In this document: in pieces, positions 36,502 through 47,949 of the stretch
How positions within the stretch are numbered: position 1 is the stretch's first letter
Layout of the letters: the number at the start of each line of letters is the position of its first letter
Origin: Neophaeotheca triangularis
Lineage: Eukaryota
DNA length: 64,000 nt
Direction of reading: 5' to 3'
Assembly: GCA_054600435.1 (NCBI GenBank)
Contig: BAAIJX010000014.1
Location: 124,001-188,000 of the forward strand
Position numbers and translations under genes: made by a program
The notes under the pieces: generated by a model
Told to the model about the DNA's origin: nothing
Databases searched by the model: none
The model's input: the letters and a program-made list of their open reading frames with translations, nothing else

Positions 36502-39500
36502 ATCTCTTTTCTTATGAGGCCGGCATTCGCTTCCACCGGTGGTCAGAGTATCAACCAAGACATGGTCAGCAGGCAGATGGTGTTTGGGCGAGATAGTTGT
36601 GGGTAATGGGACGCTGCACGCGCGCCAGTCGTTTTGAGTAGTATGGCTATGCGTAGATGGGTCGTATGAGGTGCCACGAAACAGACAAGGGCCGAGTTGG
36701 ATGTGATGCGCTTGCGCCGTTGGCTTGCCCTGTCGACGAGCTTTTGACAATTGGACAGCCGGTAGGTAGGTATTTGTAAAGTGGGTTGTTCTTGGCGGGC
36801 TGTGGCAGATTGGGGCGTTTGGTGGGGATAGCGAGGTATGGTGGTAGTGGTGGTAGTGGTGGTGGTGGTGGTGGTTGTAGTAGTAGTAGTAGTATCAGGT
36901 GCAAATAGGTGGTGGATGGTGGGATGCGAAAGAGGGGTGTGTGCGGGTGTGGGTGTGTAGTAGTAGTAGACTACTTGCGTAGTCAGTCAGCCAGTCTTGC
37001 CCGTTTGGAGGATGGAGGCACGCGACGCAACAGCAGCAGCAGCGAAAAGAAGAAGAATGTTTGAGTGGAGGAGGACGGGAAAAGCTAGGTAGACTGGGTG
37101 CGACGGGCGGCAGCGATTGGGCAAGGGTGATTTTTTTGGTGAATTGGATGAGTACCCAAGGTAGGTACCTGTAGCGCCGCCCGCCAGCGCGGTCCCTAAG
37201 CCTTTCTCGTCCCTGGCCCTGTCCCTGTCCTTGTAGCTTGTCACGGTAGACCTACCTGTGTACAAGTAAGTACTTCTGTCCCTTTTCCCCCTGGCTACCT
37301 CCTAATAAGGTAGCAGAAAAAGAAGAGCCGGTCGATGGCTTGCATATACTTGTGCTGTAGGAACTGCTTGCACGCAATTAATAACAGAATACAAATAATT
37401 AATATAATATTAATATTAATATTGATCCCCGCCGCTTCTGAATCGGACTCGTCACCCCCCTCACATGTTCTCTCCTTTTTTCCTACCATCCATTTCCCTT
37501 TTTCCGACCCACACCCATCACATTCAAATCTCCCGGAAAAATTGTGTACCTCGGTCGACTTGATCATGTCTTTACCTTATTCCCCCCTGGCAAGCCACCA
37601 ACGACAACAAGAGCCACACAACAGAACTTTCTGCAGTGCTTCACGGCTGAACACTGGCACTACTTCCGTTGCTGTATTTAATATTGGACTGCAGTGACAT
37701 TTCGACACATTAGTGTTCCAGAAAACCCTCCCAGTGATGGATGATGAGTGTGACCATGTCGTCCGTCGCCTCGCTTGCACTTGAAATGCTTCCACTACCT
37801 ATGCCAGGCTGGAATCTGGTTAAGTTGGGTACATGTAGGTAGATTGCTGTCCCACTTACAATTTACCCCTCCCTCTACAATGGGATGTACATGCAGGCAG
37901 TCTCAAAGCAAACCTTCGGACTACTTCGACTAAGACAGCAGAGACATAAGTATCCATCTGTCGGACAGTCGGACTTGGGTGAACGATCGACCGAAGCCGA
38001 GAGTGAGTAACTTTTACACGTACAAGCACCCTACATCCCTTGCCGAAGACATGATCATTATGGTCGTCGTGAAACTGCCATTATTATTATTGCAGCAGCC
38101 TTGCAGCTGTTGGCGGCGCCTCTCACGACATGTTCTCGTCTTGTCACAACCGCTCTGATGATGAAACGTCTGTGGCGCCACGGCCGTTGAAAGGTGTCCG
38201 GGAGCTGGGACAGGACAGCATCACAGGACAAGACAATGTCTTTTGCGCTGGCAGTTGGCTTGCATGTATCCTGCAGTATGACTGCCGTCGTGCACCCTGT
38301 AGCATAGGCTGTAGGCTCTTTCGCTGCTGCAGCCAGAGCCCTGTCAAGGATCATGATTGCGACCGGGTACCACTACTATGATCGTGATGATCGATCAGTA
38401 TCCCTGATTTTGCTTTCTAGGCACTCCGGTTCGAGAGTGAGACATCCAAAAAGGGTATCCCTCGCTAGGTAGACATTGAATGATGGAAGAGGGGATTCGG
38501 GGCGTCGGATCAGATCTTATTACTCACTCACCACTGTTCTGCCCTGTTATACGAGCGACCCGGCGAATCGAGCAAAGCAAACGGCTTAGGTTTCCCCTGG
38601 TAGGATACGTTAGTCGGTTTAGCTAGCAGGAGGAGAGACGGCGGCGTTGGCAGAATCCACAGCGAGAAGCAGCCCAGCCCGAGGATGAAAAGTGCGTAGC
38701 GTGGGCTCGTAGGTAGGGTAGGGTAGTTGGAGTTCTAGACGGGGGCGGTGGAGTTATCGCGGGGCATAGTACCTAGTTTGCGTACGCGTCAGCTCCCTCT
38801 GTACAAGGCACGGGCAGGTAACTCGGCCGAACAACATCGGCTCTTCTTCCAAGCTCTTAAACCCGATACATTCGGCTCCGGGCGAACTGGTTCCTGTAGC
38901 AGACGACGAGGTGAGGTATACTATGTAATGTTGATAATGATGATTGGCATCGCCACCAGCCAGCACATTAACACGTTGTTGTTATTGTTTGCACGTCGTC
39001 GCTGTCGCATACCGCTGCTCGCAAACGACAAAGACAAGAAAAACCAAGGCATAGCCAATCCCCAACGGCGGGACTGCAGCAAGCATTATTCATTTCATCT
39101 GCAGAAGGCCAGGCACCAGACACATGGGCGCCGGAAGGGCAACGTTGACGGTTGAATGGATTTTCTGGTACCTGGTCCAACCTGTCCTGTCTTCTAGGCG
39201 GAGCGTGCTGCGTGCGAAGCGCACCTACTACCCTAATTTATTATTGCCGACGAGCGGTTGCTAATCCTACTGGCGGACCAGACTTCCATTCACCGGCAAC
39301 TCTTGACGGGACCACGGGTGCCTGGCTACCTACTGTAGGTACAGTATACTACTGACTAGCCGCGCATCATCACGCTCCATTTCCCGTTTTTACAGTACCT
39401 ACTCTTGGTTCACGAGCTTTCTAGAACTTGGCGACTATCTCACTATCAATTGCTAGTACTATACCCATTACTGTACCTCCCGTAACCTCCGTCGTCCGAC

Positions 39501-41735
39501 TCTTGATCGCCGATTCGCTCTGCCGACGACCATCCTCCATCTCCTTCCTCTTTTGAAAGGAGTCGTTGCATTGGCTTTTCGTCCAACCTGGGGCGTGGGA
39601 CCGGGTGCGCCATGCCCATGCGTGACAATGATAATAATTTGACAAACAGACTGGCCCCATCGTCTTTTGCCTTTTGGTCTCGGGAAGTTGGCCTTTGTGC
39701 GACTTATCCATGGCCGGGTATGCGGTTTTGCTGAGACGGAGCACACGCATCTCTTCAGCCCTCAGTCGGCCGATGCCCGGTGAAAAATACCCAGGGTACC
39801 TAGGTAGTCTCAATTTCATCATCATCAATTTCATCATCATCATTGTGCGCTGCGACTGCAAGCCCGTTGCCAGAAATCCCGTCTTCCCCGAACAATGGCA
39901 CTTTCGCACGAGCTACTGCTTACCAGCCACGCAAAGTGTACATATTTTTCCATACCTAGGTACCCTCTTGATCTTCAGAATACTCAATGTATGAAAAAGG
40001 GAGAAAAAGAAAAAGAAAAACTACCCACAATAGCACGACAGGTCCATTGCTCCACCGCTACATGCATCATCGACAGCCAAACCCGGTCCACAAGCAAGAC
40101 TCTGCAATTACAAACCTGCAAGCATTCAGCGGCGCGCAGCACCCCAAAAAGTGCAATCTAACACCAAAGCACTACCACGAGTCACGACACACGCGGTGCA
40201 ACACGCCGCCACGCTTCCCCGGCGGCTTATAGACTGCAGTAGCTTCGAAACCCCCGTGAAAGCAGCCACCGACAACGAACCCCACGCACCGCGTCCCTCC
40301 TCGACCGTGGAAGTCCTTGCCAACGCCGCGAGTTACATATACATTGCTCCCACCCACCTCACACGACCGGGGTGCCGAAAGCGTAGGTCGAGTAGGTTGG
40401 TACTGTAACTTACACGGCGCTTTGTTGAGGCGACATCGACCAGCCCCTTCCTTTCTACACCTCCTTGATCCATCGAGGTTGCCATCACGTGGTGGGCTGT
40501 ATGATGTATCGCATCCCAGCTAGCCGTCGGAGTCCGGACGACGTCGGACATTCTGAACAACGAACAAGTCGTGCACAGCATTGTTGATTGCGTTGAGGTA
40601 GGAGGTAGACAGCAGGTAGACCGTGATACCCAGCGCTCAAGCCTTCTTTCTACGCAAAACCCACAGAAGAGGCACCACCACACGTGAGAGTCCATGTCGA
40701 ATTGACACGTCACGACCACGGCGCCCAACGCCCAAGAAAAAAACGCAGGCGTTCTCGCCGGTCGACCAGTCTTTCGCGCTTGCCACCTTTCGTTCGCAGC
40801 AATCCTCCCGCATCGTCGCTTCTGTTCAACGACTTCCAAGGTTCGCAGTGTCGCTCTCAATTGCCACCGCAGGCAGTCCACGACGCTGCCACGGCCACGG
40901 CAACGCGCCGCCACCGCTGGCCATCGCACTCGGCAATACCAGACAGCCAACAACACAAGCAAGGAAACGCATAGTCCAACAACAACGGAAACCACGCGCA
41001 GCCATCCATCCTTCCACCCAATCCATCTCAGGATGCCGCCGACCTCGCGCTCTTCCCGTTTCCAGCGGCGCCCTCGCCACAGTCGCAATTCCCAGCAGGC
41101 TCCTCCCCTCGACTACAGTGGCGAGGCAGCGCGCTGTCCCCGACTTCCATGCTCGCTCCCAGACGAGGAGCTAGAGCACTTCTCCGAAACCCCGGCGGCT
41201 GCTGCTGTCACGGTACCCCGGGGTTGGTTGTTGGTGAGGTGCTTGTACAGCGCTGAGGCTTGGCGGCAAAGTGACGGTTTTTTTGACGCGTTCCGGGAGT
41301 CGTCCCGGTTGATTGAGAAGTGCTTGGGGAGAGCAAAGGTAGGTAGGTATGTCAAAGTCGTAAAGTGTTGAGGAGTGGACGTGACTGTTGTTTGCGCGCT
41401 TCGCTGGGCTTTTTTTTTTTTTTTTTTTTATAAGGGGCAGTGACTTTGTGTCTCTGAGTGGGTTGACTGCTTGGACATTCTTCCAGTCTGAGGATACTTT
41501 TGGGGGAAGGGTCAAGTAGTTCTCGTAAATGGCCCGTTGCCGAATAATTGCCATTGTCATCCCGAAGATAACTTAGAAGAAGGTCATAGAGCAAGTCCTT
41601 GCTGCTCGCGAGTCTGTTTCATAAGCCTGGGTATCTCTGTCCTCGCTCTCGCATGAGGACTTGGCCAGCACATTTACGTTCACGTTCACATCAGGTCCCT
41701 GAACACCGTTCCCCCCCCCCCCCCCTTGTCGCGGC

Positions 41736-43130
41736 TCAAGAAACCCAAAACTTCCGCCATACCCGCTGCTGCTCCGGCGTGCCCTTGAAAGCAAAATCCA
41801 CGACAGTGATGTCCTCAAACCCCTCTTCGAGTGTCGGCTCCCGATATCTTGAAGCGAAACCCGAGAAAGCCATCTTGGGCAGCATCGTCCTGCTCTCCGG
41901 GTTCATCTGCGTCGATTGTCAGTGTACGTGCATCTTCACGGTAGAGTCTGTGCGACTCACCAGCGTCCCCGATAAAGCGCGGACGGTATCGTTGTGCTCG
42001 CACAATTTCGCCGGAGCGGTGAAGTGTACGAGACGAACGGGCAGGTCGAAAGATTTGGCTAGTTTGAGCCACGCGGCTCTGGTCTCCGCGTCCGCGTTGG
42101 TGTTGTCGACGACGACCGAGGTTTGGTCTTCGAGGAGCTGTTTGGCGGTTTTGAGGCACTTGTCGCGGGTTTTGAGAATGTCTTGGTTGACGCGCTCGAA
42201 ACCTAGGGGTTGGAGGTGGTGCCAGTAGAAAGTGGATTTGCCCGCGCCAGGGCTGCCGCAGAAGAGGACGAGCTCGCTGTCGTGTTTTTTGTTGAATTTG
42301 AGGGAGGCTTCGTGGTCGGTAGATAGTTCTTTGTCCATGTAGATGGCAGGGTCGAAAGCTCTCTCAAACGCCCTGGATTCTTCACCCAAGAAGAATTCTT
42401 CCGGCGTTTGAAACTGAACATCCACATTCGCCGCGAGATCGCGATCGGAGCAGGCATGATCCTTTTTAGTCTTGGTCACCTTATCTGCAGGTCTCCCCGC
42501 GGCGTCTCCCACAAACACACACTGAGCATGGTTAATCTCCCCCGGATCCTCTAGTCCATAATCCCTCAGCAACTGCTCCCACATCCCCGTTCGTGGTTTG
42601 CGAAACCCATCCTGTCCAGTAGCAGCATAAACGGTAATCGGCAAATCCAGCTGGCCCAACACGGCAGTGATCTTGCCCTTGATATTGTTCAAACTACGCA
42701 TCCCGGTTTTGGGCGTCTTCTCATCGTGGCGCAAACTCACAGCGCCTTGATTGCTCATGACGACGACCGCGTAGCCCTCGGCCGCGAGAGCTTTGAGCTT
42801 GCCCGGCACGCTGGCATCCCACCATTTCCAGTCGTTGGCGTCCTTGCCGAAGCGGTTCCCCGAAGCGGTTTTGACGATGGTGTCGTCGAAGTCGAAAGCG
42901 GCGATTTTGATGGGTTTGGGACGAGGAGTCGAGGTTGCGTTTTCATAGCGCGCTACTAGGAGCGTTTCGTGGAGGACTTCGAATTTGAGCTTTTCCGGCG
43001 GCTTTTCTGACGCGGGTTTGAAGAAGTTTGAAACGGCTTTGGTTGTGGTAGTTGCCACTACTTTGCGCTTGGCTGGTGGTGGGGAGATGTCTCGGTCGGT
43101 AGATGCTATGCGTTTTAGTGAGGGCGGCAT
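41736..43130 (-). CDS. PNK1: Bifunctional polynucleotide 3'-phosphatase/5'-kinase; 2 exons, intron 41907-41960
   Basis: IAAFDFDDT (HAD motif), FRKPRTGMW, FVGDAAGR, CGSPGAGKST (P-loop), VVDNTN. Exon 2 reads MNPESRTMLPKMAF..EPTLEEGF..WRKFWVS*. Confidence 0.94.
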
Positions 43131-43290
43131 GATGGTCTTCAATCTTCTGTTACGGATGTATCGACTGTATACAGCAGGCCTGATACCTTTTGTTTTTTCG
43201 AACATGCAGTGGGTTGCTAGGTATCTACTATCTACCTCGCTAATAGCGAAGTTCGAGGCAAGCGAAGACACGACGCGACGCCCTCGCGAT

Positions 43291-43300
43291 GTCACGTGAC
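43291..43300. promoter_or_regulatory. Palindromic GTCACGTGAC E-box (Cbf1/bHLH-type), next to ACGCG elements, upstream of PNK1
   Basis: Perfect 10-bp palindrome ~160 bp upstream of the PNK1 ATG; CGACGCGACG at 43271-43280. Confidence 0.45.
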
Positions 43301-44317
43301 CTTTGGAGTCGAATTTACGACTGACGCCCATTGATTGTGAACGACTACTACATAGTAGGTACCTACTGTAGGCATTCAGTATCCTAGTGGTCCGTACTAT
43401 CGCCCCCCCTTCCCCCTTCCCAATGCTGTACTACGCAGCTACCCTTTATAGTGAATAGTACGGACAACCGGCGGAGACATTCTCTACTACTAGGTAACTA
43501 CAGTGTAGAACCTGAGTTTCATGACTACCGCTGGTAGAACGAAGTGGCCATTAAGGTGTTTAGGCAGGCTACAAGCGTCTCCTCCAGCAATCAGTTCCTC
43601 TTAATCCGAGACCTGGCCGGACTGTGGTCGCAAGGGAAGCCGTAGACTCGTGATGGTCGCTTAGATCGTTTGCTAAGAGATGGGGACGCCCGTTGTGACT
43701 GAGAGGCTGAGATGTGTAGCATTTTCGCATCCACGGTGGGATACAAAATAGTCATTTCCGATCCAAAACGCTCCAATCCGACATTATCGTTTCTTGGAGG
43801 CCTGAGCACCGCGTCGAGATATCCCAGTACCGTTGACTGTGATGAATGTATCTAGGTGCCTATCATGTCCAGGTAAGATATTCTCTGCAAGTGGGCGTAG
43901 CATGGCTCGGGACTGGCATGCTAAACGAAGACTATATCAGCAGTCACTGGCATTGCTACCAACAGCGTCTTAGAAGCACGCACGATTGCGCCGTGACAGA
44001 ACACAAATGGCAGAGAACATGCTCCTGCCTCAGGACACCATCGACGTAATTGGTCTATGTCCTCCACGCTGCCTTTCTCGGTAATTTTAGACAATGTACA
44101 AGAAACATGAGATTCGCATTGGTGGGACAATGGCGCTGTAGTCATACCAGCATTGCCTAGAATTGACATTGAGTGTAAGCGCTGTCCGCAGCACTCATTA
44201 GATCTGCCTACTACGTCGGGTATCTCGAAGCACAAAGCGCTCCCTTCCCTTGGCCTTGGCCTTGCAGCACGCAGCACGGCAGCAGTCTTCCTACCACCGT
44301 TCCTCCCACGCACAACT

Positions 44318-44973
44318 CTATGCGGTGTCCTCGACAACAGAGGTCTGGAGACCCTTGGGGTTCTTGACGTTGACGGCCTGGACGTAGCTGTAGAGCTTCT
44401 CCTTGGCGTCCTCCTCGTCGTTACGCTTACGAGAGATGCGGACGCGGAGGCGGAAAGGAACGCCCTTGACACCGCACTCCCAGATCTTCTTGTTCAACTG
44501 GGGGTCGAGGCGGACGTCGTGGGTGCCCTGCGAAGAAAGACATGAAGGGTCAGCAAATCTTGTCCAAATCTTGTCTCGTGACCGTAGGTCGATAGCACCG
44601 GCCATCCAAGCCACTACTTCTGCTGCTGCCACAACCAATTTGGAGTGTTTGTACTTACCATGGCCTTCTCAGCGAACATGCGAACCTCTTTGATAGCCTT
44701 GGGGGCTCTCTTCTTGAAGGTCGCGCCGTGCACCTGTTAAATTTCACACAGATATAATCAGACACAGCTCTTTTATTTCAGTCTTCCGCCCGATGCCAGT
44801 ACTGCTTAGGAAAGCAGCCTGACCATCCGTGGACTTCATCAAACTGAACGTACCCGCTTGTGGAGGTGGATGGTGTATTCGCGGGCGACAACATCGTCAA
44901 TGGCCGTGCGAGTCTTGCCGGTGCCACCGGTCTTGCCAGCGGCGGGCTTGTTGGACTTGGTCTGGTTCGGCAT
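44318..44973 (-). CDS. RPL31: 60S ribosomal protein L31 (eL31); exons 44854-44973, 44659-44733, 44318-44527
   Basis: [75 protein letters not shown]; canonical GT-AG introns. Confidence 0.97.
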
Positions 44974-45290
44974 GGCGAAGGAGGGTCGGTGGGTGATGAG
45001 TCGACGGGGGTGGTTGGATGGGTCGGTTGTGGTCGCTGGTCGTCAGGTCGCTGAACAGGCTGTCGCAAAAGCTCAAAGTTCAAACTTCGAATTCGCCTGC
45101 TGGCTGCTCGGCTGTGGGCGGGCGGTAAAGTAGTCTTGGCAAGAATTTTCCACGCTAGTTCCGCTTTCGGCCTTCACCCGAGTCAGGACGGCGGCCGCCA
45201 ACACCCCATGCGACACTCTCGCTACTAGTACTGTTGACTCCACCCTTCTTCATCCAACACATTCCATCACTACCGTCAACCTCCTACCAA

Positions 45291-47171
45291 ATGCGGCGAG
45301 CCATAGTGCAGAACCTGCGCACCTTTCGCCGCCCAACTGCTGCCCGAAAAGCGATCAAGGTTCTCCGGATATCGACCCCGAACAATGCTTCATTCCAGCG
45401 CTCGATAGGCACTCGAAGCACGCAACAGCTGCAGTCTGCCATGCGTTTTAGGCGAACTTCAGCAGCCGCAGTCGTCGTTGCCGCTGGAGCAGGTTTCTGG
45501 GCTTACTCACAACGAGGAGCGTCCGACCAAGCGCTTGCGGGGAACGTGAACCCTTTGACTAGCAGTCAGAGCGCGAGTTACAGTACTGGTACTGGTGTCG
45601 CGTACTCGAAGCCAGCTAGTGCTGCTGCTGTAGCAGATGCGACTGCTGAAGGCGTACCTGAAGCTGTCAGGAAGGCTTTGATTGTGGAGCAAGGCCAGCT
45701 CTTTACTGCGCAAATACCGGCGGATCAGCCCATCAGCAAGGACACTGATAACTCGGGTCGCAAAGTACTGGAGATGCTGACGCCCGAACAAGCGGATGCT
45801 AAGCTGAGGACGAATGAGGAGAGTTATCTTGTAGGTAGGGGAGGAGGAGTTGTGCGGTATGATGTCGTGCAAATCCCCAGCAACGACCCTATCGAGGATG
45901 ACCATGTTGAGAAGATTGTGGAGGTTCCGAGCTCCACTGCAGCGACAGACGCTGGCAAGACGAGCAGCGATTGGATGTTTTGGGGAGTCTTTGATGGGCA
46001 TGCTGGTTGGACGACTTCTGCGAAGCTGAGACAAACGCTGGTATCCTACGTGGCGCGCGAGCTGAACCAAACGTACAAGTCTGCGCTTTCCGACCCTGCA
46101 CTCACCTTTCCCACGGCGGAATCTGTCGATGCGGCGATCAAGAAGGGGTTTGTCAATTTGGACAATGAAATAACACAAGAGTCCGTGCAGAAAGTTTTGA
46201 AGTCGCAGTCGAAGCGTGTCGCGGCTGAACTTCTCGCTCCTGCGTTGTCGGGATCTTGTGCTTTACTCAGCTTTTACGACAGTCGTTCCAAGGAACTTCG
46301 AGTAGCCTGTACAGGTGACAGCAGGGCAGTGCTCGGACGTAGAGGCGCGAGCGGGAAATGGACTGCGACTGCGCTCTCGGTGGATCAGACCGGTGGTACA
46401 GCTTCTGAAGATGCGCGACTACGCGCCGAGCACCCAAACGAGCCCTACGTGACGATGAACGGCCGCATTCTAGGGGGTCTCGAGCCCAGCAGGGCCTTTG
46501 GCGACGCTGTCTACAAATGGTCAAAGGAAACGCAGGAAAAGATGAAGAGCCAGTTCTTCGGCCGCTCTCCCTCTAAGCACCTCAAGACTCCTCCCTATGT
46601 CACAGCCGAGCCCGTCGTCACCACCACCAAGATCGACCCCGCCAAAGGCGATTTCGTAGTCATGGCCACTGACGGTTTGTGGGAGATGCTCACCAACGAG
46701 GAAGTAGTCGGTCTTGTAGGGCAATGGCTAGAGAAGCAGGCAACGAACGGGGGGCAAGCTAAGGCCTCCAGCTCCTCCCAAAGCTGGCTACAGTCTTGGT
46801 TCAGCACGCAAAAAGCCGCATCACTACCCATTGAACACCAGGGCCAAAACGACGAGAAGAACGGCCAACGTGCTCCCATCAGGCAACAACAGTGGGGACT
46901 ACCCTCTGGCCAGGACCAACGATTCGTAGTCGAGGACAAGAACGCCGCCACGCACCTTGTACGAAATGCGCTCGGCGGTAAGGACAAGGACATGATTTCA
47001 GCGCTGCTTACGTTGCCCTCGCCGTACAGTCGGAGGTACAGGGATGATTTGACGGTGCAGGTTCTGTTCTTTGGGACGGAGAAGGAAAGTTCGGGTAACG
47101 TGGAGTTGAATCGGGAGGCTAGCGCCACTGCTGCGAATGGGACGAGTGAGCAGGTTAAGGCGAAGCTCTGA
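45291..47171 (+). CDS. PTC5: Mitochondrial PP2C / pyruvate dehydrogenase phosphatase
   Basis: SNDPIEDD, FWGVFDGHAGW, VACTGDSRAVLG, GGLEPSRAFGD, TPPYVTAEP, MATDGLWE, RRYRDDLTV; Arg-rich presequence from ATG 45291. Confidence 0.92.
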   Translation: MRRAIVQNLRTFRRPTAARKAIKVLRISTPNNASFQRSIGTRSTQQLQSAMRFRRTSAAAVVVAAGAGFWAYSQRGASDQALAGNVNPLTSSQSASYSTGTGVAYSKPASAAAVADATAEGVPEAVRKALIVEQGQLFTAQIPADQPISKDTDNSGRKVLEMLTPEQADAKLRTNEESYLVGRGGGVVRYDVVQIPSNDPIEDDHVEKIVEVPSSTAATDAGKTSSDWMFWGVFDGHAGWTTSAKLRQTLVSYVARELNQTYKSALSDPALTFPTAESVDAAIKKGFVNLDNEITQESVQKVLKSQSKRVAAELLAPALSGSCALLSFYDSRSKELRVACTGDSRAVLGRRGASGKWTATALSVDQTGGTASEDARLRAEHPNEPYVTMNGRILGGLEPSRAFGDAVYKWSKETQEKMKSQFFGRSPSKHLKTPPYVTAEPVVTTTKIDPAKGDFVVMATDGLWEMLTNEEVVGLVGQWLEKQATNGGQAKASSSSQSWLQSWFSTQKAASLPIEHQGQNDEKNGQRAPIRQQQWGLPSGQDQRFVVEDKNAATHLVRNALGGKDKDMISALLTLPSPYSRRYRDDLTVQVLFFGTEKESSGNVELNREASATAANGTSEQVKAKL

Positions 47172-47949
47172 AGGTCGTGAGGAGGTGTTGTGTTGTTGAT
47201 TGCTTTTCGAAAGTCCCCCTTCTCGAGTTACGGGCACAAGGGGTGTGTACGCATAGCAAAGGCGTTTTAGGGGTTTTCTGTCGCTGAGATATACCAAGGG
47301 GGTCGCTGAAGGGCGGTTCTGTGTAGAATAAAGCTAGCTGGTCGATTCCTCGCTGTTTATGTAGTCATTACCGTCGTCTTTCGCAAGCAGTTGACTCTTT
47401 GTCTATGAAGGGGCTTAGGAATGAATTGAGTTGACCGCTTTCGGAAGTGAGCTTGCACAAATCTCTTCCGACCCGGGCATTGTTAGCATTAAACCAACTC
47501 TACAAAGTACCCAGCAAGTCATCATCCTTGATCTAAACCTCAGGCTATCCCCAGCAGATAACTTAGATTTTGTCGAGGCGCGAGGTCAGCCGCCAGACCG
47601 CAAGCTTGTTGGTCGGGTCGGCAAGCCGAGAGTCAGAGCACCGGGGAGACATCCAGAGATCATCAGCCGCCAAACCAACTTGGCGTCATCTTGCCTGCCT
47701 TTCGCTTCTACTTGCCAGCCACTGTCATCTACCCTACTACCTAACCTACTACCTACCAGTCGTTCATTCATTCCTTAATACTCACCTACCGCGACGCCAC
47801 TCCACCTATTGACTGCTACACTTTCTCTCACAAGCGCCGGCCCCAAGCGAACTGGCCGGTATTGAACGACCCTCTTCTCCGCCATCTCGAGTCTCTCACA
47901 AACAAGTGGCACAGTCACACCTACTAGTACCCCCGCCATTACAAGCGCC

